A DNA stretch of 64,000 bases from Sphyrna mokarran (taxonomy: Eukaryota): NCBI GenBank assembly GCA_024679065.1, contig JAGIQG010000009.1:99324001-99388000 (forward strand). Reading direction: 5' to 3'. Below the pieces are notes generated by a model, which was not told the origin of the DNA, searched no databases, and saw nothing but the letters and a program-made list of their open reading frames with translations. Positions 63,831-64,000 of the stretch are shown piece after piece. Every line of letters starts with the position of its first letter. The first letter of the stretch is position 1. The position numbers and the translations under genes are program-made.

Positions 63831-64000
63831 CTTTTCCACTATTCTGAGGAGTCCATCTTAATTGAAATGCACGTGATCAAAAACAAATATTTTCGCTTTC
63901 ATGTCATGAGTAGGTTTTGGATTATAATTTCCGAAATTGACAAATATTACATGGTTCTGTTCCATAATGCAATGTTACCAAATTTAAATTAATATTTAAG

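Noticed and set aside
1-64000. tRNA genes or CRISPR arrays
   Set aside because: tRNA-like A/B boxes occur only as SINE heads; no regularly spaced direct-repeat array was seen.

Overview
Eukaryotic, AT-rich genomic DNA. The repeat content (HE1/V-SINE-type tRNA SINEs, CR1/HER1-like LINEs, Penelope-like, RTE and Rex1/Babar fragments) points to a shark or other elasmobranch. None of the supplied ORFs looks like a host gene; those with recognisable protein are retrotransposon remnants. Reading splice signals by eye instead reveals a gene that spans almost the whole window on the minus strand and is invisible to the ORF track. It has 29 micro-exons (18 x 27 nt, 6 x 36 nt, 3 x 24 nt, 1 x 33 nt, 1 x 18 nt), all AG/GT-bounded and symmetrical phase 1, plus a short terminal exon. 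They splice into one stop-free frame of about 279 aa: xAAVLRYYF KKKLTDVKK EQDTKYKTD DERLIQLRA ELQKLREVT KQQLLAKDN ELNAALLSQQDK ENRLSNKTA ELNKLKQTIQTL ESQLQDASN ELEKCEKLKQLS DSSEGSSSN VKQSSY GADVLRLQL VTTFKENK EQKRTIENL EIQLREKEK EYENAKRSLEDS EKLLRDKEK VLQIELRMG ELRISERNLSVA ELKLNEKEA DLNRLKRSTTE EKVRVKRESANS ETERYRKQL VEKVKQAK DLQSKLQKL EKLLSEKDA ELIKVRES AEHN*. The product is coiled-coil-like, built from 27+36-nt (three-heptad) exon pairs in about three modules, with two furin-type R-X-K-R motifs. The 5' part of the gene was not found and probably lies beyond position 64000, so its identity cannot be fixed here. Exon numbers count from the first exon found in the window. Repeat boundaries are approximate.
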